Source: Kofleriaceae bacterium
GTDB taxonomy: Bacteria > Myxococcota_A > Polyangia > Haliangiales > Haliangiaceae
Direction of reading: 5' to 3'
Length of the DNA: 64,000 nucleotides
Assembly: GCA_965215005.1 (NCBI GenBank)
Contig: CBDCCZ010000003.1
Span: 224,001-288,000, forward strand
The notes beneath the pieces are model-generated. The model ran no database searches. It was given only the letters and a program-made list of their open reading frames with translations, and had not been told where the DNA came from. A program made the translations under genes and the position numbers. Positions 1 to 9,232 of the stretch are shown here, one piece after another (positions within the stretch are counted from its first letter, which is position 1; each line of letters opens with the position of its first letter).

Positions 1-1132
1 ATCGGCGTCGGAGGTTGTCGAGCGCGCGGATGACTCGCTCCACCCCGCCATCATCGTCGCGCAGAATCTCACGGAGCTCTTCGAACCGCAGCCGAGCTTC
101 TCGAGTGCCGTCGCCGTAGGCAGCGGCAATGGCAGCGTGCAGGTGCTCGGTGGCGTGGAAAAAGTCGAGCGCTTCCTCACCGTCGGGAAGCTCATTCGTG
201 AGGAAGTTCCAGTTGTCGATCGCGCCGTCGGCGACTTTGACGACCTTGAGGTCGGGGCGCTGCCGAAGGACCGCCGTTAACTCGGCGATGAGCGACTCTT
301 TAAGCGTTCGCTTCTTTGCCTCCGGTGCGCGCGCAATGCGGATCGCACCCAGCAGGTCTCCCTCGGAATCGCAGAACGAAACGGTACCGCATCCCACTTC
401 ACGGTAGCCGGCGGGCCCTTTGCTGATACGGCCTTGTCGGGCGGCAGCGTTGCGCACCTCGCTTGGCCGCTTCCCGCCGTCTATGGGTGCTAGCACGCCG
501 TCGAGCGATACGGCGACAGACGTCGTTCCTTCCGGGACGGTCAGGGCATCGCGGAGTGCGGCTTCGTGCGCCGCGCGGTCGGCCTCCCACCGCTCGCTCA
601 GCAACTTCGGCAGCCGGTCGAGACTGCTCTTGGACGGATTCATGATTCCCAAGCGTCGAAGCGCCTCTTCGGCCTTCTGCGGCGTCATTTGCGAGACCAG
701 CCAGAATCCTTGCTTGGCTGCGCGCGGCGTCCAGAAGTCGATCAACCCGAGCTTGGCCTCCATCGGGCTGACACTGCGCGCAGTATCGTCGTTGCGATCA
801 CGGTAGAGCCACCGCTCGACCGTCACCGGCCCAGCCGCCGTCATGTAGGTCTGCGCGGCGCGGAGCACTCGTCGGTGAACCTTGCCATCGATCTCGAGGG
901 CTGCGGCGTCCACGTCGTGCGCGGCCATCACTTCGGCCGTCAGGTCACGCTCAAGCTCGAGCATCTTTTCCCGCAGCTCCGCCTCGACCTCCTCGAACCA
1001 GCCGGGCTTGAGATCCTTTTGCATCCGCTGAGCATCGACGAAGCCCATGATCTCTGCGACGCGATCGCTACGGGTTTTCGCCGTGGTGGTTGTACAAGGC
1101 GCGCTCTTTCGGGCGGTGGCTTTCTTGCTCAT
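1..1132 (-). CDS. ISKra4/ISLre2-like (prokaryotic Mutator-type) DDE transposase, 3' end beyond window
   Basis: Not in the ORF track; translated by hand from ATG 1132: MSKKATARK...TYMTAAGPVTVERWLY...VAVSLDGVL...KVVKVADGAIDNWNFL...ALDFFHATEHL. The frame stays open to base 1. DG, DGA..W and LDFFHA.EHL motifs are typical of this transposase group. Confidence 0.8.
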   Translation of the reverse strand, partial: MSKKATARKSAPCTTTTAKTRSDRVAEIMGFVDAQRMQKDLKPGWFEEVEAELREKMLELERDLTAEVMAAHDVDAAALEIDGKVHRRVLRAAQTYMTAAGPVTVERWLYRDRNDDTARSVSPMEAKLGLIDFWTPRAAKQGFWLVSQMTPQKAEEALRRLGIMNPSKSSLDRLPKLLSERWEADRAAHEAALRDALTVPEGTTSVAVSLDGVLAPIDGGKRPSEVRNAAARQGRISKGPAGYREVGCGTVSFCDSEGDLLGAIRIARAPEAKKRTLKESLIAELTAVLRQRPDLKVVKVADGAIDNWNFLTNELPDGEEALDFFHATEHLHAAIAAAYGDGTREARLRFEELREILRDDDGGVERVIRALDNLRRR

Positions 1133-1201
1133 GCCCCTCTAACCAACTGAAATCGATCCGGATTCCCGGTGCGGCGCAAATTCAGGATTGGATCTACACC
1201 C
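1..1201 (-). mobile_element. ISKra4-like insertion sequence (left part), inserted in IS66 tnpC
   Basis: The minus strand reads GGGTGTAGATC from 1201, resembling termini of this IS group, 69 bp upstream of the transposase ATG and where tnpC-like sequence stops. The other end is outside the window. Confidence 0.65.
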
Positions 1202-1398
1202 TCAGCCTTCTTGCGATATGGTGCGCCGATCAACCATCGCACGCGCTCGCTGAGCTCGGACACCTCGTCTCCGAGCGAGCTCAGCAGAGCAATGATGCGA
1301 TCCACCGTCGCGCGTTCCGCGTCGCTCACCTTGTCTCGAAGCGCATCGAGCGCCTCAAGTGCCTCGTGAACCTCTGTGCGCGCTGCCGTCACCTGCAC
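1202..1398 (-). pseudogene. tnpC: IS66 TnpC N-terminal (coiled-coil) fragment, interrupted
   Basis: Third ORF after tnpA and tnpB. Heptad-rich helix ending ...VRWLIGAPYRKKAE resembles the LxRxxFGxxSE segment of IS66 TnpC, then runs into the nested IS end. Confidence 0.65.
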
Positions 1399-1426
1399 TC
1401 TTCGCTAGCAGGCGGCGGATCGAAGT

Positions 1427-1765
1427 TCAAGTGCTTTGCGACATCTCTTGCACCAACTCAGCGCGCGTAAGCAGTCGACTTAGCTCCGCTTGCGTTATCT
1501 CAGCAGCGCATTGATCATTTTTGATCGAAAGGCGCATCTGAAACGTGCCCTTCACCAGCCGCTTGCTCAGTAAGCAGTACCCGCCTTGATCAAAGAACAA
1601 GATCTTGATCATATCGCCGCGACGGTTGCGAAACAGATACAGGTCGCCACCTTCTGGCTCCCGCTCGAGCTGTTCGCGCACCAGCGTCGACAGCCCATCC
1701 ATCTGCTTGCGCATGTCACACGGCGACGCATACGCAAAGACGCGCGCGGCACGGTTACTCAGCAT
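1427..1765 (-). CDS. tnpB: IS66 family accessory protein TnpB
   Basis: PCDMRKQMDGL...GDLYLFRNRRGDMIKILFFDQGGYCLLSKRLVKGTF is the IS66 TnpB signature. Start placed at MLSNRAARV, overlapping the tnpA end. Confidence 0.92.
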   Translation of the reverse strand: MLSNRAARVFAYASPCDMRKQMDGLSTLVREQLEREPEGGDLYLFRNRRGDMIKILFFDQGGYCLLSKRLVKGTFQMRLSIKNDQCAAEITQAELSRLLTRAELVQEMSQST

Positions 1766-2144
1766 GGTCGCCTCCCAAGACTGCCATCCAAGGCCGTAGC
1801 GACACCGCATTCCAGTCGCCACGAAACACCATCGTTGCGCCAGTTCGCAGCGTGACCTCGACCTGCCGCCGATCCATCGTCTGCTCTGGCTCATCCACCA
1901 CCAGGACCGGCACGAAGCCGCCCGTTCCCGCCATCGATCTTGCAAGCGGCTCCGCGCCAAGCCTCTTGCGCCAATACTGAATTCGGTGCGACGCGACCCC
2001 TGTTCGGCGCGAATAGCCGGCGTCACTTTCGCCGCTAGCCGCCAACTCCTCCAACATCGCCGCTCCCTCCGCCGCGCTCCACCGCGCACGACCGCCCAGC
2101 GGGGCAGCTGATTGGCCCTGATCTCGCTCTCGTTGATGCTTCAT
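1755..2144 (-). CDS. tnpA: IS66 family accessory HTH protein TnpA
   Basis: RWSAAEGAAMLEELAASGES...YSRRTGV...IQYWRKRL HTH, then FVPVLV and VEVTL. Directly upstream of tnpB. Confidence 0.85.
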   Translation of the reverse strand: MKHQRERDQGQSAAPLGGRARWSAAEGAAMLEELAASGESDAGYSRRTGVASHRIQYWRKRLGAEPLARSMAGTGGFVPVLVVDEPEQTMDRRQVEVTLRTGATMVFRGDWNAVSLRPWMAVLGGDHAE

Positions 2145-2181
2145 GCCCTCCTACTGACCATGAAGCCGCGCATCGCAGTAG

Positions 2182-4419
2182 GTGCGGACTGTCGGGCGGA
2201 TACGTTGTATTGGAAGCGGAGCTCGGGCGATTCACTACCGCTCCAGCGCTCCTGCGCTGCGTCGCGGTGGGCCGCCCATCGTGCTGGTTCACGGGCTGGT
2301 CGTGTCATCGCGCTACATGGTGCGGCTCGCCCGTCTCCTCGGCGCCACGTTCGCCGTCTACGCCCCGGATCTCCCTGGGTATGGTCGTTCGCGCCATTCC
2401 GATGCACCCGCACGGGTGGGCGATCTCGCCGACGAGCTCGCGCGGTTTCTTCGCAGTCTCGACCTTCCGCCTGCGGTCGTGGTCGGCAACTCGTTTGGGT
2501 GTCAAATCGGCGCTAGCCTGGCGGTGCGCTATCCCGAGCGAGTCGACCGCCTGGTGTTGCAAGGGCCCACCGTTCCACCGTCAGAGCGGTCGATCGCCGC
2601 CCAGGTTCGCGGGTTCCTGAGCAACGCGCTGCGTGAGCCGCCGACGCTTGGCCCGATTTTGCTGCGCGACTACGCCAACGCCGGCTTCCGCCGCGCACGA
2701 CGAACCCTGCGCGCCGCCATCGACGATCGCATCGAAGATTCACTTGGCCGCATCCAACATCCCGCGCTCGTCGTCGCCGGCCTCCACGACGTCCTCGCGC
2801 CGGTTGGCTGGAGCGAGCGGGTCGCGCGCTCGATGCCACGCGGCTGCCTCGCCGTGGTCGATGGCGCGCACACCCTCGTGTACACCCACGCCGACGAGAT
2901 GGAGCGGGTCATCCGCGAATTCGTGCAGGAGGGCGACCTAGAAACGGCGTCCTCGACCTTGGGCCGCCGCCCGCGCACCATGCTTTCGGCGCAACGTCCG
3001 CGCCCGCCCAAGGCCCTGGCGGAGTTCGACTCGGCCTCCGCGATGGTGCGTGCGGCGTCGCTTAGCCTGCGCGCGTCGCCCTACCGTGACCTAGGAATCG
3101 ACTCAGCGATATCGACGGTCATGCCGCTCGGCAATGCGTTGCCAAAGCGCATTCGCGCCGCACTCTACCGCTGGTTTGGCTGGGCTACCGCGACCGCTCC
3201 GGCCGAGCTGGGAGCGATTTCAACGGACGAGCTGTGCCGATGGGCGAGCCGTTCCTACCCTCCGCGCCGCTATCCGGCGATCTTTCTCGGCTCGTCGAAT
3301 GGCGCAATCACGCATCTGGCGGCCGCAATGGACGCGCCGTTTCTGCCGCAGACCTTCCTCTTGCCGGTGCGCACTCGTTCTGGCGGCCTCATGGATCTCC
3401 AGGCGCGCATGGAGTGGGCACGCGAGCCAGCGCGGCGCCTGCTCGACGCCAACCCGGAGCTGCAGCTCCACCACATGCACGACCCCAACCAGGACGCGCT
3501 CATGGCCCATCGCATGGCCTACTTTCGCGTCAAGCTCCGCACCCTGCCCCGGGATTACGTGCGATTCATCGAAGAGCAGCTCGAGCCCGGCGGCACCATC
3601 TATCTCGTCGATTGCCGACAGCGTTGGCCAGTGACGCAGGTCGATGACCGCCATGTCTTTCAACCAGGGGCCGTCGGTGGCCTCGCGCCCGAAGACTATC
3701 TCTCACCCGACCCGCGCCTCGACAAGTTCGTCGCCGAGGTCAGCGGCGGCGGCCGTTGGCGCGTACCACGCATCGACGCTAGCGCGCCGGAAGCCGAATG
3801 GGGCTTTGAGCCGACGCTCGCAGGCGACGTGCGCGATCTCGCGCGAGCGCGCGGTTTGCGTGTGCAACGCATCTCCTTCGATGCGCCAGAGGATCTCAGC
3901 CCCGTGGTCGCCGATCTATTTCGCAGCTGGTACGCAGACGCGGGCGAGTCGAGCGAGCGCGTCTTGGTGAGCTCGTTTCTGCTCATGGAGCCGTACTGGT
4001 CCATTCGCACCCGCACGGTTCCGCTGTGGACCACCTTTGCCGTCGAGAGCTCCGCGCGCGCCGCGGAGGCCTACCTTGCCGCGCGAGAGCCCTTTCCGAG
4101 CGCCTATGCCTTCCTGTTTCCGCACGGCGTCTCCTCGGTCGGACACGCCGGTCCCAGCCGTTGGCGCCGCGCCCTCGCCTCCGCCAGCAACGTGCAGCTC
4201 TTGGGCGTCGACGAGCGCGCCTACCCCGCTGACTTCGCCGCGCTGGTGCGCTACCACCGCGACCTGCGCCGACAAGCATGGCCCGACCGTGGCCCCATGC
4301 CGCCGCTCACCACCGAGCAGCTCGACCACGCACTCGAGCGACACGGAAATCGCAACGATGACGCTCACGTTGCCGAGCGATTAAAAATCGTCGGTGGCAG
4401 CGAGGCGCGGCCGCGCTAA
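2182..4419 (+). CDS. Alpha/beta hydrolase fused to a large uncharacterised C-terminal domain; 5' end probably replaced by the IS66 end
   Basis: PIVLVHG, PDLPGYGRS, GNSFG nucleophile elbow, GLHD and GAH in the first ~250 aa. The following ~470 aa contain GSSNG, HHMHDPNQD and PEAEWGF. Confidence 0.75.
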   Translation: MRTVGRIRCIGSGARAIHYRSSAPALRRGGPPIVLVHGLVVSSRYMVRLARLLGATFAVYAPDLPGYGRSRHSDAPARVGDLADELARFLRSLDLPPAVVVGNSFGCQIGASLAVRYPERVDRLVLQGPTVPPSERSIAAQVRGFLSNALREPPTLGPILLRDYANAGFRRARRTLRAAIDDRIEDSLGRIQHPALVVAGLHDVLAPVGWSERVARSMPRGCLAVVDGAHTLVYTHADEMERVIREFVQEGDLETASSTLGRRPRTMLSAQRPRPPKALAEFDSASAMVRAASLSLRASPYRDLGIDSAISTVMPLGNALPKRIRAALYRWFGWATATAPAELGAISTDELCRWASRSYPPRRYPAIFLGSSNGAITHLAAAMDAPFLPQTFLLPVRTRSGGLMDLQARMEWAREPARRLLDANPELQLHHMHDPNQDALMAHRMAYFRVKLRTLPRDYVRFIEEQLEPGGTIYLVDCRQRWPVTQVDDRHVFQPGAVGGLAPEDYLSPDPRLDKFVAEVSGGGRWRVPRIDASAPEAEWGFEPTLAGDVRDLARARGLRVQRISFDAPEDLSPVVADLFRSWYADAGESSERVLVSSFLLMEPYWSIRTRTVPLWTTFAVESSARAAEAYLAAREPFPSAYAFLFPHGVSSVGHAGPSRWRRALASASNVQLLGVDERAYPADFAALVRYHRDLRRQAWPDRGPMPPLTTEQLDHALERHGNRNDDAHVAERLKIVGGSEARPR

Positions 4420-4525
4420 ACCGACGCCGCAGAGAAACGGTTTTGCACGAGCTTGGCGCCACGTAGCGATGCACGAACCAACTTCGAGCATGCTGCGACC
4501 GGATATGCGCCGCCACGTAGTCACG

Positions 4526-7500
4526 TTAGATCTCCGCGCAGCTGCCTGGGTGGTCTAGGCAGCGCCGGACCAGCTCCAGGAGCGCCTGGGTTCGGTACGG
4601 CTTGCGCAGGAAATTCTCGCGCTCGCGCAGGGGCGAGGACGGCTCGTTCCACTCGCGAGTGTAACCGGAGGTGTAAACGATGCGCAGCTTGGGCCGGTCG
4701 CGTCTCATGCGAGCCGCAAGTTCGACGCCGGTCATCCCGCCAGGCATCACGACGTCGGTGAGAACGAGGGCGATCTCGTCGCGATGCTGCGTCCAAAGCT
4801 CCAGCGCATCCGGCCCGGAGGCGGCGGTGAAGACGCGATAGCCGTGCAGGCGCAGAATGCGTGAAGCCAAGCCGAGTACCGCGGGATCGTCTTCGACAAC
4901 CAGCACCGTTTCGACTCCGGTAGGTGGCGTGTCGACCCAGTCACCTCCACCGATCGGCCGCTGCGGCTCGAGGCTTTCGCGCACCGGCAGGTACACGAGA
5001 AACGAGGTCCCGCTGCCGCACTTGCTTTCGACCTCGATCCAGCCGTCGTGCTGCTTGATGATGCCGTAGACGGTGGAGAGTCCGAGGCCCGTTCCCTTCC
5101 CCACTGCCTTGGTGGTGAAGAACGGGTCGAAGATCTTGGGAAGATCGGCCGCCGTGATGCCTTCGCCGGTGTCGGTGACGACCAAGCAAACGTACCAGCC
5201 GGGGCTGGATTCGGGGTTTTGCCGCGCTTGGGCCGCCGTGACGTGACACTCGAACGTGGTCAGCTGAAGACGCCCACCGCCAGGCATGGCATCGCGCGCG
5301 TTGACCGCCAAGTTCACGACAACCTGCTCGATCATCCCCGGATCTGCGTTGATCGAAGGCACCTCCTCGGCGACCTGCAAATCCAGCTCGATGTGCTCTC
5401 CCAGGATGCGGCTCAGCATCTTGGTAGAGCTGCCGATGACCTGGGTGAGATCGACCGACTGAAAGCGCATCTCGGCGCGGCGGCTGAACAGCAGGAGCTG
5501 TCCAGTGAGATCTGCCGCCCGCGCGGCGGCGTGGGCAATCTCCTGCAGCGCATCGGGCTTCCAGCTGCGCCTGAGGAGCTCGACGTTGCCCAGAATGACC
5601 GTCAAGAGATTGTTGAAGTCGTGTGCCACGCCGGCCGCCAGCTGGCCAATGGACTCCATCTTCTGCAGGTGACGGACTTGCTCCTCTAGGTGCCGGTGAG
5701 TGGTGACGTCCTGTGCAACTCCAACGATGCGAATCACCTCGCCGCTGTCATTGCGAATCGGATAGGCGCGATCGTGAATCCATCGAAGCTCGCCATCGGG
5801 CCGCACGATGCGAAATTCTTCGTTGTACCCACCGGTTCTTTGATTGTGCCGCGACTCGTAGGCAACGCGAGCACGATCGTCGGGATGGATGGATGCTAGC
5901 CAGGAGTGCGGATCTTCGTAGAGGCTCTCGCAGCTGAGGCCCCAAATCGTCGCGTAGGCGGGGCTGACGTAGATCGCTTCGTTTTTGTCGGGCGAGCTGA
6001 TCCAAAAGACTTCGTCGATAGCCGCGGCCAGCTCTTGATAACGCTCGTTGCTGACGCGAGCTTCGGCCTCGGCGTTCTTGATGGCGGTGATGTCGGTGGC
6101 GGTGCCGATCAATTGTTTGATCTCGCCATTGGCTATCCTGCTGAACACCGCATCACGACCATGGAACCATCGCCACTGGCCACTCTGGTGTCTCATGCGG
6201 TAGATGAAGTCGGCGGCCTCACCATCTGCCAGCTGGAATACCTCCCCTATGTGCGCGGCGAAGCGCGGCCTATCGTCGGGGTGCATGAGATGTTCGACAG
6301 GATCCTGCAAGACCGAAGGCAGCTGCTCGGCGGTGTACCCCAACGTAGCGGGCACCTCACGGTTCGCCAGGACATTCTGCTGCTTCTCCACATCGTAGAT
6401 GAACAGCACGCAGGGCATGACCTCGAGCACCCGCTCATTGAAGCGTTGTGCCTCGGCCAGCGCATCGATGGCGTCCTTTCTGTCGGTGATATCGGTGGCC
6501 ACGCCGATGATTTGCGTCACCAAGCCGCCGGCATCGCGCGCGAAGACGGTGTCGCGGCTGAGCATCCAACACCAGGAGCCATCGGATCGCCGCATGCGAT
6601 ACTCGAAGGTGGTGACCTCGCCGTCTCGAAGCTCGGTCGAGCGCGCAAGGTGCAACTGAAATTCAGGTACGTCCTCGGGATGCATGAGGCCGGCGAGCGC
6701 CGCGTGGTCCATCTCGTCGAGCTCAGCTTGGGAAAAGCCAAGTTGGTCCGTTACCTCGCGATTGATGAACACGTTGCGTTGTTCGACGAGGTCGTGCACG
6801 TAAACCACGCTGGGAACGATATCGAGGACGCGCTGGTTGAAGCGCTGCAGGTCAGCGAGCTGCTCCTCGGCCACCCGTTGGTCGTGGATGTCGCGACCGA
6901 CCGATTGGATCTCGATCAGAAGACCGCGAGCATCGAACACGCCGCGATCGATCCATTCCTGCCAGCGCAGCGCACCATCGGCACGCATCGCGCGGTGCAC
7001 GTGGCGAAGAACTGGCTCAGTCGGTGTTAGGTGTGCAACGTTCTGGCGGACCTTCTCGCGAGCCTCTTCACCTGCGATCAAAGGCATAAAGCTGTTGCCA
7101 ACCGCCTCTGCGTCGCTCAGACCAAAGTAGCGACGATAGGGTTCGTTGACGAAGGTCCGCGTGCCATCGGGACGCCAACGAACGACGAATTCCGTCTGGT
7201 CCTCGACGATGGCGCGAAACCGCGCCTCGCTTTGGCGCACGGTCTCTTCTGCGCGGATCCGGTCGGTGACGTCCTGCCCCACCACCTGCAGCTCACGTTG
7301 TCCATCGGATGCGGGCACCGGCACGATTTCCCAGTGCAACCATCGGCGGTCGCCGGTGGACGAACACCGATGGTGCTCCAACGTGCACGGGCTGCTCTGC
7401 GGCGACGGAGACCCAATGTATTGACGGAGCGTTGTCCGCCCCTCCGCAGGTAGCAGCTCAAAGAAGCTCGAGCCCAAAAGCAGCTCGCGCGGACGACCAA

Positions 7501-8146
7501 TACGATCGCAGAACTTCTGGTTTACGAACCTAAGCGTTCCGTCCGCAGTGATCCGCGCGATCAGATCGGTACTCATCTCGACGATTGCGCGATACTGCGC
7601 GTCACTCGCGCCGAGGGCGGCTTCCGCGTGATGCAGCAGAGAGCGCTGGTTTTCGAGACTGCGCCGCCGCAGCTCCAGAAACCTCACCGCTTGCCGCGCC
7701 AGCGCCACCAATCCTTGTCGTTGGGTTGGCGTGAGCTGGTGCGGCTCTGTATCGAGCACCAACACCGTGCCTACGGCGTATCCATCGGGAATCAAGAGCG
7801 GCGCGCCGGCATAGAACCGCAATGCAAGAGGCCCGGTTACCAGCGGACTATCGGTGAAGCGCGGATCGGCGGCGAGGTCTGGCACTTCGAATACCTCGGT
7901 GCCGGAAATGGTGTAGGCGCAGATAGCAATGTCTCGCGGCGTCTCGACCAAGTCGATGCCGACGCGCGCCTTGAACCACTGCCGGCGGTCATCGACGAGG
8001 CTGACGCAGGCGATGGGCACCCCACAGAGCGCGGCAGCAACCTGGGCAATGTCGTCGAACTCGGGCTCGGGCTCGGTGTCCAAGGCCTCGTAGGCCTGCA
8101 AAAGCGACAGGCGCGTGAGCTCGTTGGAAGGAGTCGGAGCGCTCAT
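4526..8146 (-). CDS. Hybrid sensor histidine kinase (GAF + five PAS + HisKA + HATPase + receiver)
   Basis: GAF (LDTEPEPEFDD...RFYAGAPL), five PAS/PAC units, H-box AHDFNNLL, NARDAM, FDPFFTTKAVGKGTGLGL, receiver LTDVVMPGG. Start taken at MSAPT. Confidence 0.95.
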   Translation of the reverse strand: MSAPTPSNELTRLSLLQAYEALDTEPEPEFDDIAQVAAALCGVPIACVSLVDDRRQWFKARVGIDLVETPRDIAICAYTISGTEVFEVPDLAADPRFTDSPLVTGPLALRFYAGAPLLIPDGYAVGTVLVLDTEPHQLTPTQRQGLVALARQAVRFLELRRRSLENQRSLLHHAEAALGASDAQYRAIVEMSTDLIARITADGTLRFVNQKFCDRIGRPRELLLGSSFFELLPAEGRTTLRQYIGSPSPQSSPCTLEHHRCSSTGDRRWLHWEIVPVPASDGQRELQVVGQDVTDRIRAEETVRQSEARFRAIVEDQTEFVVRWRPDGTRTFVNEPYRRYFGLSDAEAVGNSFMPLIAGEEAREKVRQNVAHLTPTEPVLRHVHRAMRADGALRWQEWIDRGVFDARGLLIEIQSVGRDIHDQRVAEEQLADLQRFNQRVLDIVPSVVYVHDLVEQRNVFINREVTDQLGFSQAELDEMDHAALAGLMHPEDVPEFQLHLARSTELRDGEVTTFEYRMRRSDGSWCWMLSRDTVFARDAGGLVTQIIGVATDITDRKDAIDALAEAQRFNERVLEVMPCVLFIYDVEKQQNVLANREVPATLGYTAEQLPSVLQDPVEHLMHPDDRPRFAAHIGEVFQLADGEAADFIYRMRHQSGQWRWFHGRDAVFSRIANGEIKQLIGTATDITAIKNAEAEARVSNERYQELAAAIDEVFWISSPDKNEAIYVSPAYATIWGLSCESLYEDPHSWLASIHPDDRARVAYESRHNQRTGGYNEEFRIVRPDGELRWIHDRAYPIRNDSGEVIRIVGVAQDVTTHRHLEEQVRHLQKMESIGQLAAGVAHDFNNLLTVILGNVELLRRSWKPDALQEIAHAAARAADLTGQLLLFSRRAEMRFQSVDLTQVIGSSTKMLSRILGEHIELDLQVAEEVPSINADPGMIEQVVVNLAVNARDAMPGGGRLQLTTFECHVTAAQARQNPESSPGWYVCLVVTDTGEGITAADLPKIFDPFFTTKAVGKGTGLGLSTVYGIIKQHDGWIEVESKCGSGTSFLVYLPVRESLEPQRPIGGGDWVDTPPTGVETVLVVEDDPAVLGLASRILRLHGYRVFTAASGPDALELWTQHRDEIALVLTDVVMPGGMTGVELAARMRRDRPKLRIVYTSGYTREWNEPSSPLRERENFLRKPYRTQALLELVRRCLDHPGSCAEI

Positions 8147-8527
8147 GGTCCGCTCCGCGAGCTCCGTTGAGCGCCGGAGGCGCTGGCGCTCCATACCCAC
8201 CCGGCGCTTCGCATATCAGCGCGCCACCTCGAATCACGGCTTCGGAACGTTACCCCCGCCATCCCGCTCCTTTTATACGCTGCACTGGAGCCGATGTGGA
8301 CCAGCCGCCCAGCAAGATTGGCTCGCTTCACGGCTTCTGTTTCCGATCATCGTGTTGCTGCGCTGCCGCCGCAATGAGGCGCATCGCAAGGATAAGCCCG
8401 ACCCAGGCCCTTCCTATCAATTACCGGCGAAGAGCGCTCCCACGCACGCGCGAGCTCCAAGCCGCTCTCGGCGAGCGCCGTCCGAGCGCCGGTCGCGGAG
8501 AGGTCTTCGCCGCGATGTTTCAAGCTG

Positions 8528-9232
8528 CTATAGGCCGAAGCGTTGCCGCAGCTGTGTTAGGTGGCGCCTGCTCACCGGAAGTGGCTCCGCCACGCCGGCA
8601 ACGATGGCGTGATAGGTGCCGGCGCCAACCAAACGCAGCTCGCGCAGGTAGTCAAGTGCCACGATGGTGGAGCGGTGGACGCGAACGAATGTGGCTTCCG
8701 GCAGTCGCTGGCTCCAGCGAGTGAGTGAGCTGCTCGTGAGGTGGCTTGTGCCGTCGCGCATTACCAACTCGGAGTAGTCACCGGCAGCACGCAGCACGGC
8801 AACGTCGCGCAGCGATAGGAAGCGGATGCCGCGCGGTCCGCCGACGGCGATGGAGTCGCTCAAGGTGAGGTGGCGCGCCGGCGGCGGCCGCTGTCGGCGC
8901 AATGCCTCGGCGAGGCGCGCCGGCTCGATAGGCTTGAGTAGGTAGTCGAGAGCGTTGACTTCGAATGCGCGTACCGCGTGCTGATCATAGGCGGTGACGA
9001 AGATGACGTCGGCGGTGACGGTAGTGCGCTGAAACAGCTCGAAACCGCAGCCTTGCGGCATCTGGATGTCGAGAAAAATGAGGTCTATGGGCGCCGAATC
9101 CAAGGTTTTGACAGCGCCGGCGACATCGCCCGCCTCGGCCGCAATCTCGAGCTCGGGATAGCGCTCGAGCAGGCGCCGCAGGCGCCGTCGTGCCGGTGCC
9201 TCGTCATCCACGAGCAGGACCGTACGCTTCAT
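8528..9232 (-). CDS. LytTR family response regulator
   Basis: VDDE, FLDIQMP, FVTAYD, DYLLKP receiver; FVRVHRSTIV and LPVSRR LytTR domain. Confidence 0.95.
   Translation of the reverse strand: MKRTVLLVDDEAPARRRLRRLLERYPELEIAAEAGDVAGAVKTLDSAPIDLIFLDIQMPQGCGFELFQRTTVTADVIFVTAYDQHAVRAFEVNALDYLLKPIEPARLAEALRRQRPPPARHLTLSDSIAVGGPRGIRFLSLRDVAVLRAAGDYSELVMRDGTSHLTSSSLTRWSQRLPEATFVRVHRSTIVALDYLRELRLVGAGTYHAIVAGVAEPLPVSRRHLTQLRQRFGL

Larger units (their letters stand above)
1202..2203 (-). mobile_element. IS66 family element, left part
   Basis: tnpA-tnpB-tnpC' order. The minus strand from 2203 reads GTATCCGCCCGAC, similar to IS66 terminal repeats that begin GTA. Confidence 0.75.

Noticed and set aside
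566..1150. Plus-strand ORFs over the transposase region
   Set aside because: Antisense shadows of the minus-strand transposase, which carries the recognisable motifs.
4420..4525. GCCACGTAG occurring twice between convergent genes
   Set aside because: Only two 9-mers in GC-rich DNA; no array or promoter context.
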